Assembly: GCF_006345805.1 (NCBI RefSeq)
Contig: NC_043001.1
Location: 134,416,001 to 134,480,000, forward strand
Reading direction: 5' to 3'
From: Octopus sinensis
Lineage: Eukaryota
Length of the DNA: 64,000 bases
Shown: piece by piece, positions 1-45,142 of the stretch
How the letters are laid out: every line of letters begins with the position of its first letter
Numbering within the stretch: the first letter of the stretch is position 1
Notes under the pieces: model-generated
Databases searched by the model: none
What the model was told of the DNA's origin: nothing
What the model saw: only the letters and a program-made list of their open reading frames with translations
Program-made: the position numbers and the translations under genes

Positions 1-88
1 TCCCAAATGAAAGGGTTTTCTTTTAGCGTATTATGTCTTTCTTTCTTTTTTTAACTGAAAGAACATCTTTCTTTATAATAAAATCTGA

Positions 89-31959
<31,871 letters not shown>

Positions 31960-32588
31960 CTGTCAATAATTCCAAGATAGTGGCTAATGAGGAAAAAGTA
32001 AGATATGCCAAAAGCAGCAGCAGCAGCAACAACAAGAGCTGTTCATATGCAGTCATCATTGCTGTTGGTGGTCAGCTTTAATAAAGTGCTGGCAACAGCA
32101 AATTGTTGACATAGAAATGTTGGCTTGTTCTGCCAGTGGCACTTAGCTGTCTGTCCATGTGTGTGTTTGCCAGCCCTGCCAACATCTCCTGCAATATTTC
32201 TGCTCTCTTCCTACATCCAATCTGCCTCTTCATCTTTTCTTCTTTTACCTTTTGTCTATACTTTTATTTTAAAAACTATTGATGACAGAGAGCGTGTAGA
32301 TGTGAGCTATTTATGAAAGGGTGACTTCATTGTTCTGACAGTGGAAACTGCAGCTGGCATTAACATCTTTTAATCTCTCCCTTCTCTTTTTCTTCCCCAT
32401 ATCTGAAGCATTATGGCTATCACAGCTTGCTGCTTGTCCTAAACATAGTTACCAAGATTGTAACAACTTTATTTCTCTGTGGATATACCAACAAAGATAA
32501 CTGAAAATAAATATCTAAGCCACAGTAAATACAACTGTTACCACCACTACATCACATTGATTGCTGTTATTCACTGTCAAAAAAAGGT

Positions 32589-32614
<26 letters not shown>
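32589..32614. repeat. (AC)n microsatellite downstream of the USP7 stop (probable 3' UTR)
   Basis: Direct reading. Confidence 0.95.
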
Positions 32615-32619
<5 letters not shown>

Positions 32620-35559
32620 TGCATACATGTAAAGGTTTTTAACATACATCTATATTGAGAACAAAGCACAAATATTGTTATGTACACAATTTACATCCAC
32701 ACATATGAAACAAGTCTTTTGTTCATAAAAATCTGCAAAAATACACTGAAATTGTAATTGCTCTTTGCATACAGAAAAAGAACACACATCGTTTTAAAAT
32801 ATTTTTTTAAAGATCTTAAGGCAATTGATGTGTTTTACACATTGTAGTTTGTCTACTTTCTTGCTCTTGTATATTGCCTCTTGTCTACTATTCTCTACCG
32901 TCCACCAACACATTCTAGATCAATTTCTCCTTTCATCTATTTAGTTGTACTCTTTGGTGGTGATGGTGATGATGGCACATCTTTTAGCCTTGTCTCACAT
33001 TTTTTCAAATTTACTGAAACACATTAATAGCAATAGGAAAACCGTACACCAATTTGGTTCTTGAGCAACTTCTGAAGACAGCTAGCTTTGTGTAGGACTA
33101 GTGACCAGTCATTTCAATTGGCACTGACAATTTGCTGTACTTTAGTCCCCCCTCTCTTGTAAAACCCTCACTTTCTCTCTTGTAGTCTTTATATTCAATT
33201 TGACTAGAATGTTAAAACTGGAGTGGAAGGTTGAAATGATTTCCAGGAAAGAAAAGGATTTAGAGTTTGCTAGAGTATCTCTTGCAAGAATTTTTTTAAA
33301 TTTTACATTTGAAATGTCAGGTTTTTCTCAGAAGGACATGTAAGAAACCAAATGACTTTTCAATGACTGGATGTACTTTTCAATGGTAAATAATAATAAT
33401 AAAAGAACTGATTTTTCTGGAAATTGAACATTTCCCTTCTCTAGAACATTTGAAATCTGTTGAAAAAGGAAATATTAGAAACTGCGATATTAAAGGTGTT
33501 TAGTATAAACAACTAAAACTGGAAAGAACTGGAAAAATAATAAAACTGAAGGCTTGTTTGTAGATTTTTGTTATTTTCTCTCTTTATCTCTTTATCTTAG
33601 ATTCAACCAAATGTTATGCTGCTTCCCTTTTACTTTGACTGTTGCATAATTTTCCTGCCTCTTAATATGCATTACTACTGCATTTCCTTCACAACTATCT
33701 CTCTCTCTGTCCTAACTAAATGCTTTGCTACTTTAATTAAGTATTGACAGACTCAGATTATATCTCAATGGTACCTGACCAATTCCATAGCAGTATTTCT
33801 GTATATGTTTCCCTCCATCTGTCAAATTATCAAGTTGGTTGATAAAACAACCCCCCTTCTTTCTCTTTTTCTCTCTCAACAAACATATACAAGATCTCAG
33901 CTTCTAATACTGCCTTTTTCTTGGACCGGTGAAACTATTCCACTTTTATATGAAAATATACACAAGTATTTGTGTGTGCATGTATATGTGTGTGTACATA
34001 AATTGAGAAGTCAACTCTTATTATAAAATCTATGCATCACTGACGTGTATATAAGCTTCAATCAATTTTGAAGAAAATTTATTAACTTAACATTCTATAA
34101 AAGAGGGCTTCTTTTCCTCTTTCTATGTTAGATCTCATTCGTTTAGATCATCCTACCTTTTAGAAATGTCCATGTGACTGGTTACTATGTAGACCCCTAT
34201 CTATGGTTAGCCATGCATATTAGCCACAGTAAATCTGTTTACTGTGATTGATATTGCAGAAGACTTGCTTCAATCTATTTGTTCTATCTCTGATTAGAAC
34301 TGACTAAATACTATTTTTCATTCCCTACCCTAACTACAGTTCTTCTCTTCTGAAGCTTGTGTGAGGATTATTTCAATAATCTTTCAAAATCTTCAAAAAA
34401 AAAAAAAAAATGTAATGTGGTTTATGTTTGAAAGTAAATTCTTCAAACTTTATAGCTAATTAAAGAAGGAAGTTTCTTTCTGGTTTTTTTTTTTTTTCTT
34501 TGGCCAGAAAATTCTTAGTTTTCTTCAACAGAAATGACCAAACTACGAAACTACCAAATGTTTTCAACAACTTTCTTCTTCCGAAGACGATGTAGTCTTT
34601 AGTTTGTTTATTTTTCTTACAGGTACTACTGCATAAATAAAATGTCATTTGCTACCACCAGTGGATGTTCAGTTTACCTAAATCTGTAACTTTATTTGTA
34701 CACATAGTGTTGAGTGGGTGTATGTGTGTTTTGTGTTTTTGAGAAAGACATCATTAACAGCTCTCCATTTATATCACTTTGTCTGTTTTATACGGGACAG
34801 ATCAAGAACACTTTTTGTTTATATATTTCATTTTGACATGGTTTCTACTACTGGGCACACTTCCTTAACAACTCATGACACCAGCACTGGTATCTCCTTA
34901 GGAAGGCTAAAGGGATCTCTCTACTCTCCACTATTTCTATTGTTTCACCAACCACTCAACAGTGTACTGGTTGTATCTTATTGTGGAACTATCCCTAGAG
35001 AGGATGCCTTATCCACAGCAAGACTAAACATTGCTTTTCTTTGTTCAAAGCACAAACTCAGAGTGGTGAGAGAATGATAAGCAGATTGTTGGCAAAATGA
35101 TGGAATAAAAGAGAAAGCATGAATGGGTGAGAGTAATGTATATCATCAGAGGGAAATAGAGGAAATAGTAATGGGAGTGATGGTGTGGTGGGGTGTAGTT
35201 TTGAATATGAGCATTTGTGCTGTCTACTCTCTTGTATACTGATTCTCTTATATAGTGTAGTTTTCTCTCAGCCGGGTTAAACTTATGTCATTCATACATA
35301 CTAACATTATGCATTCAACAGAGCATTTTCACTTTACTTCTTACCAGCTTTTGCAAATCATGCATTCAAGGGCCTTGTCTTCCTGCTTTGCTGCTTCACA
35401 CTTTGTATACAAACATCACAATCTGTCCTTCATTTGAGGGGAGAATTTCATTGGTACTAGCAAGCATAATAGCTCCCAGACCTTCATCCTACCCTTTCTT
35501 ACTCTGGGAACTATATTTTGGAGCTACCTCTTTTAATTAGTTCACCTTTATATAAATGC

Positions 35560-35930
35560 TATCAGTTACTGCCAGAGATCCTTCCAAATATTTGTAGTGA
35601 TTTATTTGATGTGTATTCTTCCAATCATTCATAAGGATTTGTTTCATATTCGTACTGTTAATTGCTCTTGTACATCTGTCACACACCAAGTCTACCATCT
35701 CTGTTAGCCTGCTTGTGATCTCACTAAACCTCTTGTGCATCCATAATTTACACTAGTACAAACAATACAGAATTTTTACTTACACCTTTTCTGCATATTG
35801 AGCACGACAATTTCACAAATGGCAGACAGGTCCTGTCTTTACTACTTATTAAAACTTCAGTCTTTGCTAGTCCTCTTAATTCTATGTTTTGAATTTCTTC
35901 TCTAATTTTAGGTTCTGTTCTAAGAATTAG
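35560..35930 (-). mobile_element. degraded RTE-type LINE fragment with Cys/His-rich segment
   Basis: CSICRKGVSKNSV...CKLWMHKRFSEITSRL...VCDRC across frameshifts. Confidence 0.6.
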
Positions 35931-36837
35931 AATATAATAAATAAAAGCTAGGGAGCTGGGCCCTGACACATCCCAACTTGCATATGAAATTCATCACTGA
36001 ACTGTCTCTGGTTCTTTAGTGGCCATCAGTCTATAGACTGAAGAATTCTATCGAAGACCTTCAGGTCAAATGTAGAGTAACCTTTAGTTAAGTACTCCTG
36101 AAATTGACCAGGAAGAGGTGTCAATAGAACCCCTTCTTGGCACAGAGCTGAACTGCATCTTGTCTCCTTAATCACTTATAACTACATTGTTCAGTTACTT
36201 TCATAAATTGGTTCATCAATTAGGTATTGCTAGTTGTGCTATGCCATTCGTTGTATATAACAGCCTGTTCTACCTAATTGATTATGCTAGTAACTATCAC
36301 GTAACCTATTTCATCAGATTATTTTAAAACTTCTAAGCAACTACAATTCCTCCTTGCCTCTCATATCCTTGATCACACTTTCAGCATCAATATCACCTTC
36401 CATCTTATCAGAACTTGCATCAGCTTCATACTGTGTCTGTTGTCTTCTGTAGCTTGACTCATAGAAACTCCCTGTTGTCGTGTTATACATCTCTTTTTCT
36501 CCCTCTCATGCCAACTTAGCCTTTTGGAACCAAGACTCTCTGGTGTCTTTGAGTCCCATCCAAGCTCTTCGTCTAAAATAATTAATTAGTAATTTGTTGG
36601 ATGGCACAACCTTTGCCAGAGAAAGATTCAGCAGTCACAACCATCTGTTTATCTTGTTTCTTGGTGTCTATAACATCTGTCTGTCTGTCCTCTATGCCCA
36701 CCTGAATGGTCAGTGATCAGGTGATAATGTTGCAAATGTTTGTCATTCACGTCACTTGAACTTAGAGATCTTGATTACTTCTCATTCCTTGTACATTAAC
36801 TATAGCCTCCATATATATACCAGAGAAGCCATTATGG

Positions 36838-39670
36838 AGGTAGTCTTAGGTCCTCCTGCACCATGTGGCGCATTGGGTGGCAAGGCTTCTCCATGATTGG
36901 TCAATGGCTTTGAGGTCATCAATGAAGGTGCACCACTAAGTTGCTTTTCGTTGCCCTTGTTTTCTATTCCACAGAATGGCAGTTTTCACATGCCGTGACA
37001 AAGGTAATCGGAGGACATGGCCTGTAAATCACAAGCAGCACTCAGTGACATTATGAAGTGGACAAGTATCAGTTCTGCGATGTATCTCATCGTTGGTGAT
37101 GTGGTCCTGGTATGATATTAGCAGTATCCACCGGAGGCATTGTAGCTGAAATACATTGAGCCTTCGTGTGATCTTTGCCGATGGTATGATGATGCTGTTG
37201 AAGAGGCACACTGGTCTCGGTGAAGATCGCCCTGCCTGCCCAGATGGGTTTGAGTCTTTGAAGGACACCCAAGGCCTTCCCAATCCAACAGGCAACGTCG
37301 CATCTCCGTCATTGGCTACAATGCTGCCCAAATAGGTGAACTCATCAACTTCCTCAATTTGGTGTTACCCAGTCGTCAAGGGAACACCATTGTTGTTCCC
37401 TTTGACATAACCAGTCCTCATGATCTTCGTCTTGTTTCCACTTATACAGAGTCTGATCTTGGCCACCTCCCGTTCCAATCTCTGTCATTTTTCATCACTC
37501 TGAGGAGCACAAGGTCAAGGTCAGTCAGATGCTCCAACCCACACCAAAGAATTCCAAATTCATGTTGGCACATTGTCCTATGCATGATGAAGAAATAGGA
37601 GTGGGGATAGAATGCACCCTTGCTGTACACCCATCTTAATGACAAAGTAGTTGGTGTAGCCAATCTCCGAACACAGCACCTGGACTTGTAGTAAAGGCTC
37701 CAGAAGTTGTCAACGAAACATTCAGGAATGCTGAAGTCATGAACGATGTACCACAACAAACTCCAATGTATGCTGTGGAATGCCTTCACAAAATCAATGA
37801 AAATGATTGATTGCTGCTGCTGATATTCCAGGCTTTGTTCGATGATGTTGCACAACATGAAGATTTGTTCATTGCACAACTGACTGCATTGAAAAGCAGC
37901 TTGTTCTCGGAGCCTCTCATCCACCACCCGTTGCAGCCATATTAAGAGGATGATACTGAAGACCTTTCTGGGTACAGATAGAAGCGTAATCCCTCCCAAT
38001 TATTGCAGTTGCTGAGGTTTCCTTTCTTTGGGAGCTTGACAATTACCCCTTGCTGCCAATCCTCTGGGACACAGCCTGTCATCCAGCATACACTTAGGAA
38101 GGCCATACGATGTTTACTAACTAGATGACCATGTTTCAGCATCTCCGCTGCCACCATATCCGATCCTGGTGCCTTGTTATTCAGGAGCCATCTTGGCTGT
38201 TGTGACCTTACCTGTATTCACTGTCAGATCGTTGTCGGGGATTGGTGAGCAAAGAGGTCTGCAGGCACTGGCTGATTGAGCATCTCCTTAAAGTGTTCAA
38301 CCCATCTCACTTTATTTTAAACCGTCCATAACACGTTCCCATTCTTGTCCTTGGTGGATACTCCTTGTCCGCTTCTTGTTCTAGTAAGGTCACATGCAAT
38401 ATGGTATAAAGTCTCCGTATCACTTCAATCCACTGCCTCTGTTCCAACCAATCCCGCTTGTCATTCCGACGGCTCTTCACTCTTCGATCCAGTGTTTGAT
38501 ACATTTCCAATGCTTCCTGCTGGGTTTCATCTGTGAAGCGCTAGGTTTCGTATTTTAGTCTTTCGTCTTGCATCAATCAGGATCCATGTTTGATCTTGGA
38601 TCCGACACTCCTTGTACACACCACAGCATCCGTCGATGGTCTTCTCGGCACTTTTGATAATTGCCTCCTTCAGCTTCCCAAAGGAGCTGTCAACTTCGTC
38701 AATGTCTGCAAGAGGTAGGAATCCATTTCTCAGTTCCAACTGGAATTGATTGACTATCCTTTGGTCTTCAAATTTCTCCACTGCAAAGGGGCGGGAACAA
38801 CTCTGCATGAGCAACAAGCAACTCAATCAAAGCCAACACTTTGAGGAGGAGGTAATGATCTGAGCCCACATCCACTTGTGCTCGAAGTGTTTCCAATCAT
38901 CAACCCATTCATTGAGCAGAATGAGACCAACCAATCATCGTTGCCACTAGTAACAGTCACTGTACCATTTGGGCCAATTACATGCTCGTAACCATGTCAG
39001 TTTCACGCGATTTTGGTGTTGAAGTTGCCAATTAGTAGGACCAAGTCATGATGTGGGGCGTCCTGTAGTTGGTCATAGAAAGCATCTTTATCGGCCTCTT
39101 CGATGGGGGCATAGGCTTGGATGACAGTGATCTTGGACAACTGCGTTTGGAGTCGGGCAGTGATGATACAACTGCTGGCAAGCTCCAGCTGCCCTTGCAG
39201 ACATGACAATGCCGACTCCTCACTCATGTGTCCACTTTGTGACCTGAGTAGATAACAGTCCTGCCATCACTGACCAACTGTCCACTGCCAGTTCATCTCA
39301 TTTCACTAATTCCAAGGATGTCCATCCGATACCTTTCCACTTCTTCAAACAGCTGTGCCTGTCTGCCATACTGGTACAGTGTCCTCACATTCCAAGTCGC
39401 AATTTTAGTTGGTCGTTTTGCACATCAGGTGTTGGATGTGCTGACAGCTTTGATCCAACACCATCACAGGTGGTCACCTCCTCTGCAGTCAGTTTGAATA
39501 TGTTGGTTTGTTCTTGCTGTTTCTGTAGCACAGGTTTTTTCAGGGTCAGGTCATTGGCCTGGCACCCAACCCTCCTCCTTTTGCAGCTGAGCTTGGGACC
39601 AGCCTCTCTAAAGAGGTTCTCCTGTGTTATCGCTGGCCTTTTAGTGTGGTGTATATCCAGAGATAAAATG
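36838..39670 (-). mobile_element. near full-length, dead RTE-clade LINE
   Basis: APE endonuclease (KIATWNVRTLY...DILGISEMRWTG) and RT (FIDFVKAFHSI, GVQQGCILSP, VDEFTYLGSIV) with many frameshifts; the FADD motif appears deleted. Confidence 0.9.
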
Positions 39671-39686
39671 TCAGTCATACTATCTA

Positions 39687-40817
39687 TTAGGTTGTCAAGA
39701 AAGTTCTTGTGGAATTTTTAATTTTGGTTTTAAATGAATGTATTTTCAAATTAATAAATCTAATCGTGTTTTTTTTTTTTTAATAATTATGCCATTTTTT
39801 CCGGAACGTTGAATACAACATGAATAAAAAGCAAATTCGCACAATTTTCTTATTCCAGTTCAAGCTAAGCTGAAACAGCTTGCAATATCAATGATGTGTT
39901 TGGCCCAGCACAATGGTGGTTCAAAAAATTTCGTAGCAGTGACAAGAGTCTTGAAGGTGATAAGCGTAGTGGTCAGCCATTAGATGTTGATAACAATCAA
40001 CTAAGAGCCTTAGTCGAAGCCAATCCATGCACAACTGTTTGAGAGCTTGCTTCTGAATGAGACGTAACGTATACGACAATTTCTAATCACTTGAGATTGG
40101 AAAAACAAAAATACTTGAGAAATGAGTACCGCACAAATTGAATGACAACTAAAAAAAACACCGTTTTGAAGTATCGTCTTCCCTTTTAAGCAACAAGAAC
40201 GACCAGATTGTGATTGTGATGAAAAGTGGATTCTTTATGACAACTGGCGACACTCAGCTCGGTTGGACGCTGACGAAGCTCCACAGCACTTCCCGAAGCC
40301 AAATTTGCACCAAAAGAAGGTCCTGGTGACTGTTTGGTGGTCTGCGGCCAGTTTCCATCACAGCTTTTTGGATCCAGGTGAAACCACTACAGCAGAGAAG
40401 TACTGTCAGCAAATGGATGAAATGCATAAGAAACTCTGACAACAACAGCCAGCATTGGTCAATAAAAAAGGACCGATTCCTCTCCACAACAACACTTGGC
40501 TGCACGTCGCACAACTGACCCTGCAGAAGTTGAACGAATTGGGCTACGAAACTCTGCCTCATCTGCCAAACTCACCAGACCTCTTGCCTACTGACATTTG
40601 AGAAATGCTTCAAAAACCAAGACAATGCCAAACACAACTTCATCGCCACCAGAACACAGGATTTTTACGCTACTGGCATAAATAAACTTGTTTCGTGTTG
40701 GTAAAAACATGTTGATTCTGATGGTGTTTATTTTGATTAATAAAGTTTTATTTGAGCCGAGATATGTGCATCTGAATTTAAAGGTTAAAAACCACAAGAA
40801 CTTTCTTGACAACCTAA
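39687..40817 (+). mobile_element. mariner transposon (Hsmar1/cecropia-like), decayed transposase
   Basis: Perfect 26-bp TIRs TTAGGTTGTCAAGAAAGTTCTTGTGG with TA TSDs; remnants of AQWWFKKF, DEKWILYD, HQKKVLVTVWW and PNSPDLLPTD. Confidence 0.95.
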
Positions 40818-40928
40818 TACAAATAGCTTTGGCTTAATTATCCAGATCCTCTGACTACTTCAATTTATTCGCTTCTCTGTTAACAATATTCCTACACCAT
40901 CCAATTCTCTCTCTACAGATAAATTTAC

Positions 40929-41287
40929 TTTTACATTGGACAGATATTTGTTCTCATCTTGTTTGTTAACACAATGTTTCAACTGATATACCCTCCAGTC
41001 TTCACCAGGTGTCCTGGGGAAATTTTGAACCTGAGTTCTCCTTCCTAAGGTATTTTTCGATATTATTATTATTCAGGTCACTGCCTGGAATCGAATTCGG
41101 AATCTTGGCGTTAGTAGCCCACACTCTTAACCACTATGCCATATGCCCACGGGCATGTGTAGTGGTTAAGATGAAGGCTAGAGGGTATATCAGCCAATAC
41201 GTTGTGTTAGCAACAAACAAGATGAGGACAAATATCCATCAAATGTAAATAATGTACATAATTCCTCATCTCTTAAATATAGAACTG
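40929..41287. mobile_element. palindromic tRNA-head / Penelope-pLTR-like element, copy 2
   Basis: Same ends and centre (ATATGCCC-AC-GGGCAT) as copy 1. The left unit is complete (head on minus); the right unit is internally deleted after the A box. Confidence 0.85.
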
Positions 41288-41497
41288 TAAAACCTACCAC
41301 TAGCACCAATAACTGTTATCCATCACATTTTAAATAAATGTACTTTATAGTTGCTTGGTTGTGGAGAATTCCATTTACTTGCTTATAAGTAAAGAAATTC
41401 TACATTATTGTTATAGAATTCATTCAGTCAATACAATTTAATGAGAACAAGAAAACCAGGTTTGTTTACTAGTTGAAATTGTTTGTATTCACTAATT

Positions 41498-41865
41498 GGA
41501 GGCGCAATGGCCCAGTGGCTAGGGCAGCAGACTCGCGGATTTGATTCCCAGACCAGGCGTTGTGAGTGTTTATTGAGCGAAAACACCTAAAAGTTCCACG
41601 AGGCTCCGGCAGGGGATGGTGGTGATCCCTGCTGTACTCTTTCACCACAACTTTCTCTCTCTTTCTTCCTGTTTCTGTTGTACCTGTATTTCAAGGGGGC
41701 CGGCCTTGTCACTCTGTGTCACGCTGAATATCCCCGAGAACTACTTTAAGGGTACACGTGTCTGTGGAGTGCTCAGCCACTTACACGTTAATTTCACGAG
41801 CAGGCTGTTCCGTTGATTCGGATCAACCGGAACCCTCATCGTTGTAACCGACAGTGCGTCCATCC
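41498..41865 (+). mobile_element. tRNA-derived SINE family A
   Basis: 11-bp TSD ATTCACTAATT (41487-41497, 41866-41876). Confidence 0.92.
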
Positions 41866-42482
41866 ATTCACTAATTAGAGTAATGGAAGACTGATGCAAG
41901 CAGTTTAATGTGTGTGTGTGTGTGGGGGGGGGCAACTGTTATGCCTTTCTTGACACTTGTAAGTCAAATTTGTCATTTCATCATGCAGGATGCTACAACA
42001 GGCCAAGTTGGTAGTGGTTTCACTCAGCCCTCTTAGCTGTAAATGAATCCCACAATATACAAATAGGAGTCTTGATGTGGTTGCTTGACCTGCTAAAAAT
42101 AGCAGCCAAAAAGCTCATTGAAATACATTTAATAAATACAGAGGAACACATTACATTGTGTGGTCCTGGATACCAGGAGGGGGTGGTCTCATGATGACTG
42201 CCTTTGATAATAGGTCTGCTAAAGTGACCCAGTGCTGAACAACAATGGAAAATATTGTGACAAATTTGTCTACGGTTTATTTACCTTTAATATTGAGTTT
42301 CCTTTCACCCCCATCTGTATTCCTTGAGTAATGGTCACTAACTTTGGATGATTTAGACCAGTGGTTCTTAACCGGGGTCCATGTAAGATTTTGTTGTCAT
42401 AATTTATGTATGATAAATTAATTTTTACTTGTACACAAAATATTTAAATTTTTTTACGCAATTTATTTTTAGTTATAAAAAT

Positions 42483-42858
42483 GGAGGCGCAATGGCCCAG
42501 TGGTTAGGGCAGCGGACTCGTGGTCGCAGGATCGCGGTTTCGATTCCCAAACCGGTCGTTGTGAGTGTTTATTGAGCAAAAACACCTAAAGCTCCAGCAG
42601 GGGATGGTGGTGATCCCTGCTGTACTCTTTCGCCACAACTTTCTCTCACTCTTACTTCCTGTTTCTGTTGTACCTGTATTTCAAAGGGCCGGCCTTGTCA
42701 CTCTCTGTGTCACGCTGAATATCCCCGAGAACTACGTTAAGGGTACACGTGTCTGTGGAGTGCTCAGCCACTTGCACGTTAATTTCACGAGCAGGCTGTT
42801 CCGTTGGTCGGATCAACCGGAACCCTCATCGTCATAACCAACGGAGTGCTTCTCCCCC
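42483..42858 (+). mobile_element. tRNA-derived SINE family A (nested)
   Basis: 12-bp TSD AGTTATAAAAAT (42471-42482, 42859-42870). Confidence 0.93.
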
Positions 42859-42886
42859 AGTTATAAAAATATAGTAGGATTTTTAA

Positions 42887-43105
42887 ACCTTGTAGTGTTC
42901 AGATTATTCTGTCATATGTAATGCTTATTTATTCCCACTTTGAATTCATTATGCATTATCTCTCATAGCTTCAAGATTTTGATGGTGTGATTGTTTACTT
43001 TTAAAATGACATTGTAGCATAGGTGTGAGATGTCAGATCTGGCCAGTTTCAATGAAAGCAGGTAAAATATGTAGACCAGCTATGGCTAGTTTAAATGCTA
43101 AAGGG
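42887..43105. mobile_element. piggyBac-type MITE (nested)
   Basis: TTAA flanks; ends ...GCTAAAGGG|TTAA; homologous to 12936-13156. Confidence 0.72.
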
Positions 43106-43282
43106 TTAAACAGTGAATGGTTAAGAGGGTCCATCTGAATAAAATAGGAATCAAAGAGGTTCAGAGGTAAAAAAAAATGGCTAAGAAATACTGCTTTAGA
43201 CTCTTCCATACAGGTTAACCCACAGTATCAGATGTGAGCCTAATATTGCGTTTACCATCAGTCTTTGTCTAAAATTACATCT

Positions 43283-43650
43283 AGGCGCAGAAGTGGCTGT
43301 GTGGTAAGTAGCTTGCTAACCAACCACATGGTTCCGGGTTCAGTCCCACTGCGTGGCATCTTGGGCAAGTGTCTTCTGCTATATAGCCTTGGGCCGACCA
43401 ATGCCTTGTGAGTGGATTTGGTAGACGGAAAATGAAAGAAGCCTGTCGTATATATATGTATGTGTGTGTTTGTCCCCCAACCGATGCTGGTGTGTTTACG
43501 TCCCCGTCACTTAGCGGTTCGGCATAAGAGACCGATAGAATAAGTACTGGGCTTACAAAGAATAAGTCCCGGGATCAATTTGCACGACTAAAGGTGGTGC
43601 TCCAGCATGGCCGCAGTCAAATGACTGAAACAAGTAAAAGAGTAAAAGAG
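43283..43650 (+). mobile_element. SINE family C (head AGGCGCAG.AGTGGCTGTGTGG, CORE-like TTGGGCAAG segment)
   Basis: tRNA-like head with GGTTCAGTCCC B box; central (TA/TG)n; (GAGTAAAA)n tail. Confidence 0.88.
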
Positions 43651-43873
43651 AGATCTTCAGTAATTTGTGAAATATCTTTCCCATATGAAAATGAAGGCTT
43701 TCCATACTGTCCCTTACAGTAGGAAAGGACTCAAATTGTTCCTAATTTACATATTTTCCTGTTAAACCGTCTCTTAAATTTAGTCCCAATGTTAATTTGG
43801 GAACAGGGTTAGAACTCTTACCCTTCTCATTACATGTTCAGCTTTTTTTTCCCCAATCCACTGAACCCTCTCC

Positions 43874-44148
43874 CTCATCATCATCATCGTTTAGCATCCA
43901 CTTTCCATGCTAGCATGGGTTGGACGATTCAACTGGGGTCTGGGAAGCCAGAAGGCTGCACCAGGCCCAGTCTGATCTGGCAGTGTTTCTACAGCTGGAT
44001 GCCTTTCTTAATGCCAACCACTCTGTGAGTGTAGTGGGTGCTTTTTACATACCAGACGAGGCTGGCAAATGACCACGATCGGACGGTGATTTTTACGTGC
44101 CCCACCGGCACGGAGGCCAGTCGGGGCGGCGCTGGCAACGGCCACGTT
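43874..44148 (-). mobile_element. RTE-tailed short element family D
   Basis: (CAT)n tail and family motifs. Confidence 0.83.
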
Positions 44149-44374
44149 TGGGCCCTAACACACTAAACCACTCTAGTCATACATATTCTTTCCTGAAACC
44201 TCCTCACCAAGAAATAATTATCTACATTCTGTCAACAGTTGAATTATTATATTTTATCTTTTCTTTTGTTTCAATCATTAGACTAAGGCCAGACTGGGGC
44301 ACTTTGAATTTTTACTTAAACAAATCAACCTTTTTTTTAAGCCTGTTATTCTATTGGTCTATTGGGCTGAACCG

Positions 44375-44580
44375 TTAAGTTATGAGGACATAAACACACC
44401 AACACTGGTTGTCAAGCATTGGTGGGAGACAAAGATGCACAAACACATATACAACGTGCTTCTTCCAGTTTCTGCCTACCAAATCCACTCTAGGCTTTGG
44501 CTGACCTGAGGCTATAGTGGAAGACATTTGCCACACAGGACTGAACCGGAACTGTATGGTTGAGAAGCAAGCTTCATACC
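44375..44580 (-). mobile_element. SINE family C, degraded
   Basis: Homology to the adjacent copy at 44615-45012. Confidence 0.7.
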
Positions 44581-44614
44581 ACACACACTCAAGCCTCTAC
44601 CTATTTATCTACAG

Positions 44615-45012
44615 TTTACTCTTTTACTTGTTTCAGTCATTTGACTGTGGCCATGCTGGAGCACTGCCTTTAATCGAGCAACTCGACCCCGAGACTTATT
44701 CTTTTGTAAGCTCAGTACTTATTCTATCGGTCTCTTTTGCCGAACCGCTAAGTAACGGGGACATAAACACACCAGCATCGGTTGTCAAGCAATGCTAGGG
44801 GGACAAACACAAACACACACACGCATATATATATATATATATATATATACGACGGGCTTCTTTCAGTTTCCGTCTACCAAATCCACTCACAAGGCTTTGG
44901 TCGGCCTGAGGCTATAGTAGAAGACACTTGCCCAAGGTGCCACACAGTGGGACTGAACCTGGGACCATGTGGTTGGTAAACAAGCTACTTACCACACAGC
45001 CACTCCTGCGCC
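44615..45012 (-). mobile_element. SINE family C, full length
   Basis: Reverse complement of 43283-43650. Confidence 0.9.
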
Positions 45013-45142
45013 TTAAAAGTTTGTTGAGGTGTGAACTTCATAATTCCTAAGTTGCCACAACTATATTTTTTGAAGATATGGTTTTGAATAGCTTAACAAC
45101 TGAGTAATATTAAAGAATCAACTGTCCTATAATCATGTGAAG

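Larger units (their letters stand above)
42359..43193. mobile_element. hAT MITE carrying two nested insertions
   Basis: TIR CAGTGGTTCTTAACC / GGCTAAGAAATACTG; 8-bp TSD atttagac / ctttagac. Confidence 0.72.

Noticed and set aside
32279-32338. C/D-box snoRNA-like TTGATGA...CTGA
   Set aside because: Lies in the 3' UTR rather than an intron, has an imperfect C box and only a 3-bp terminal stem, and no recognisable guide.
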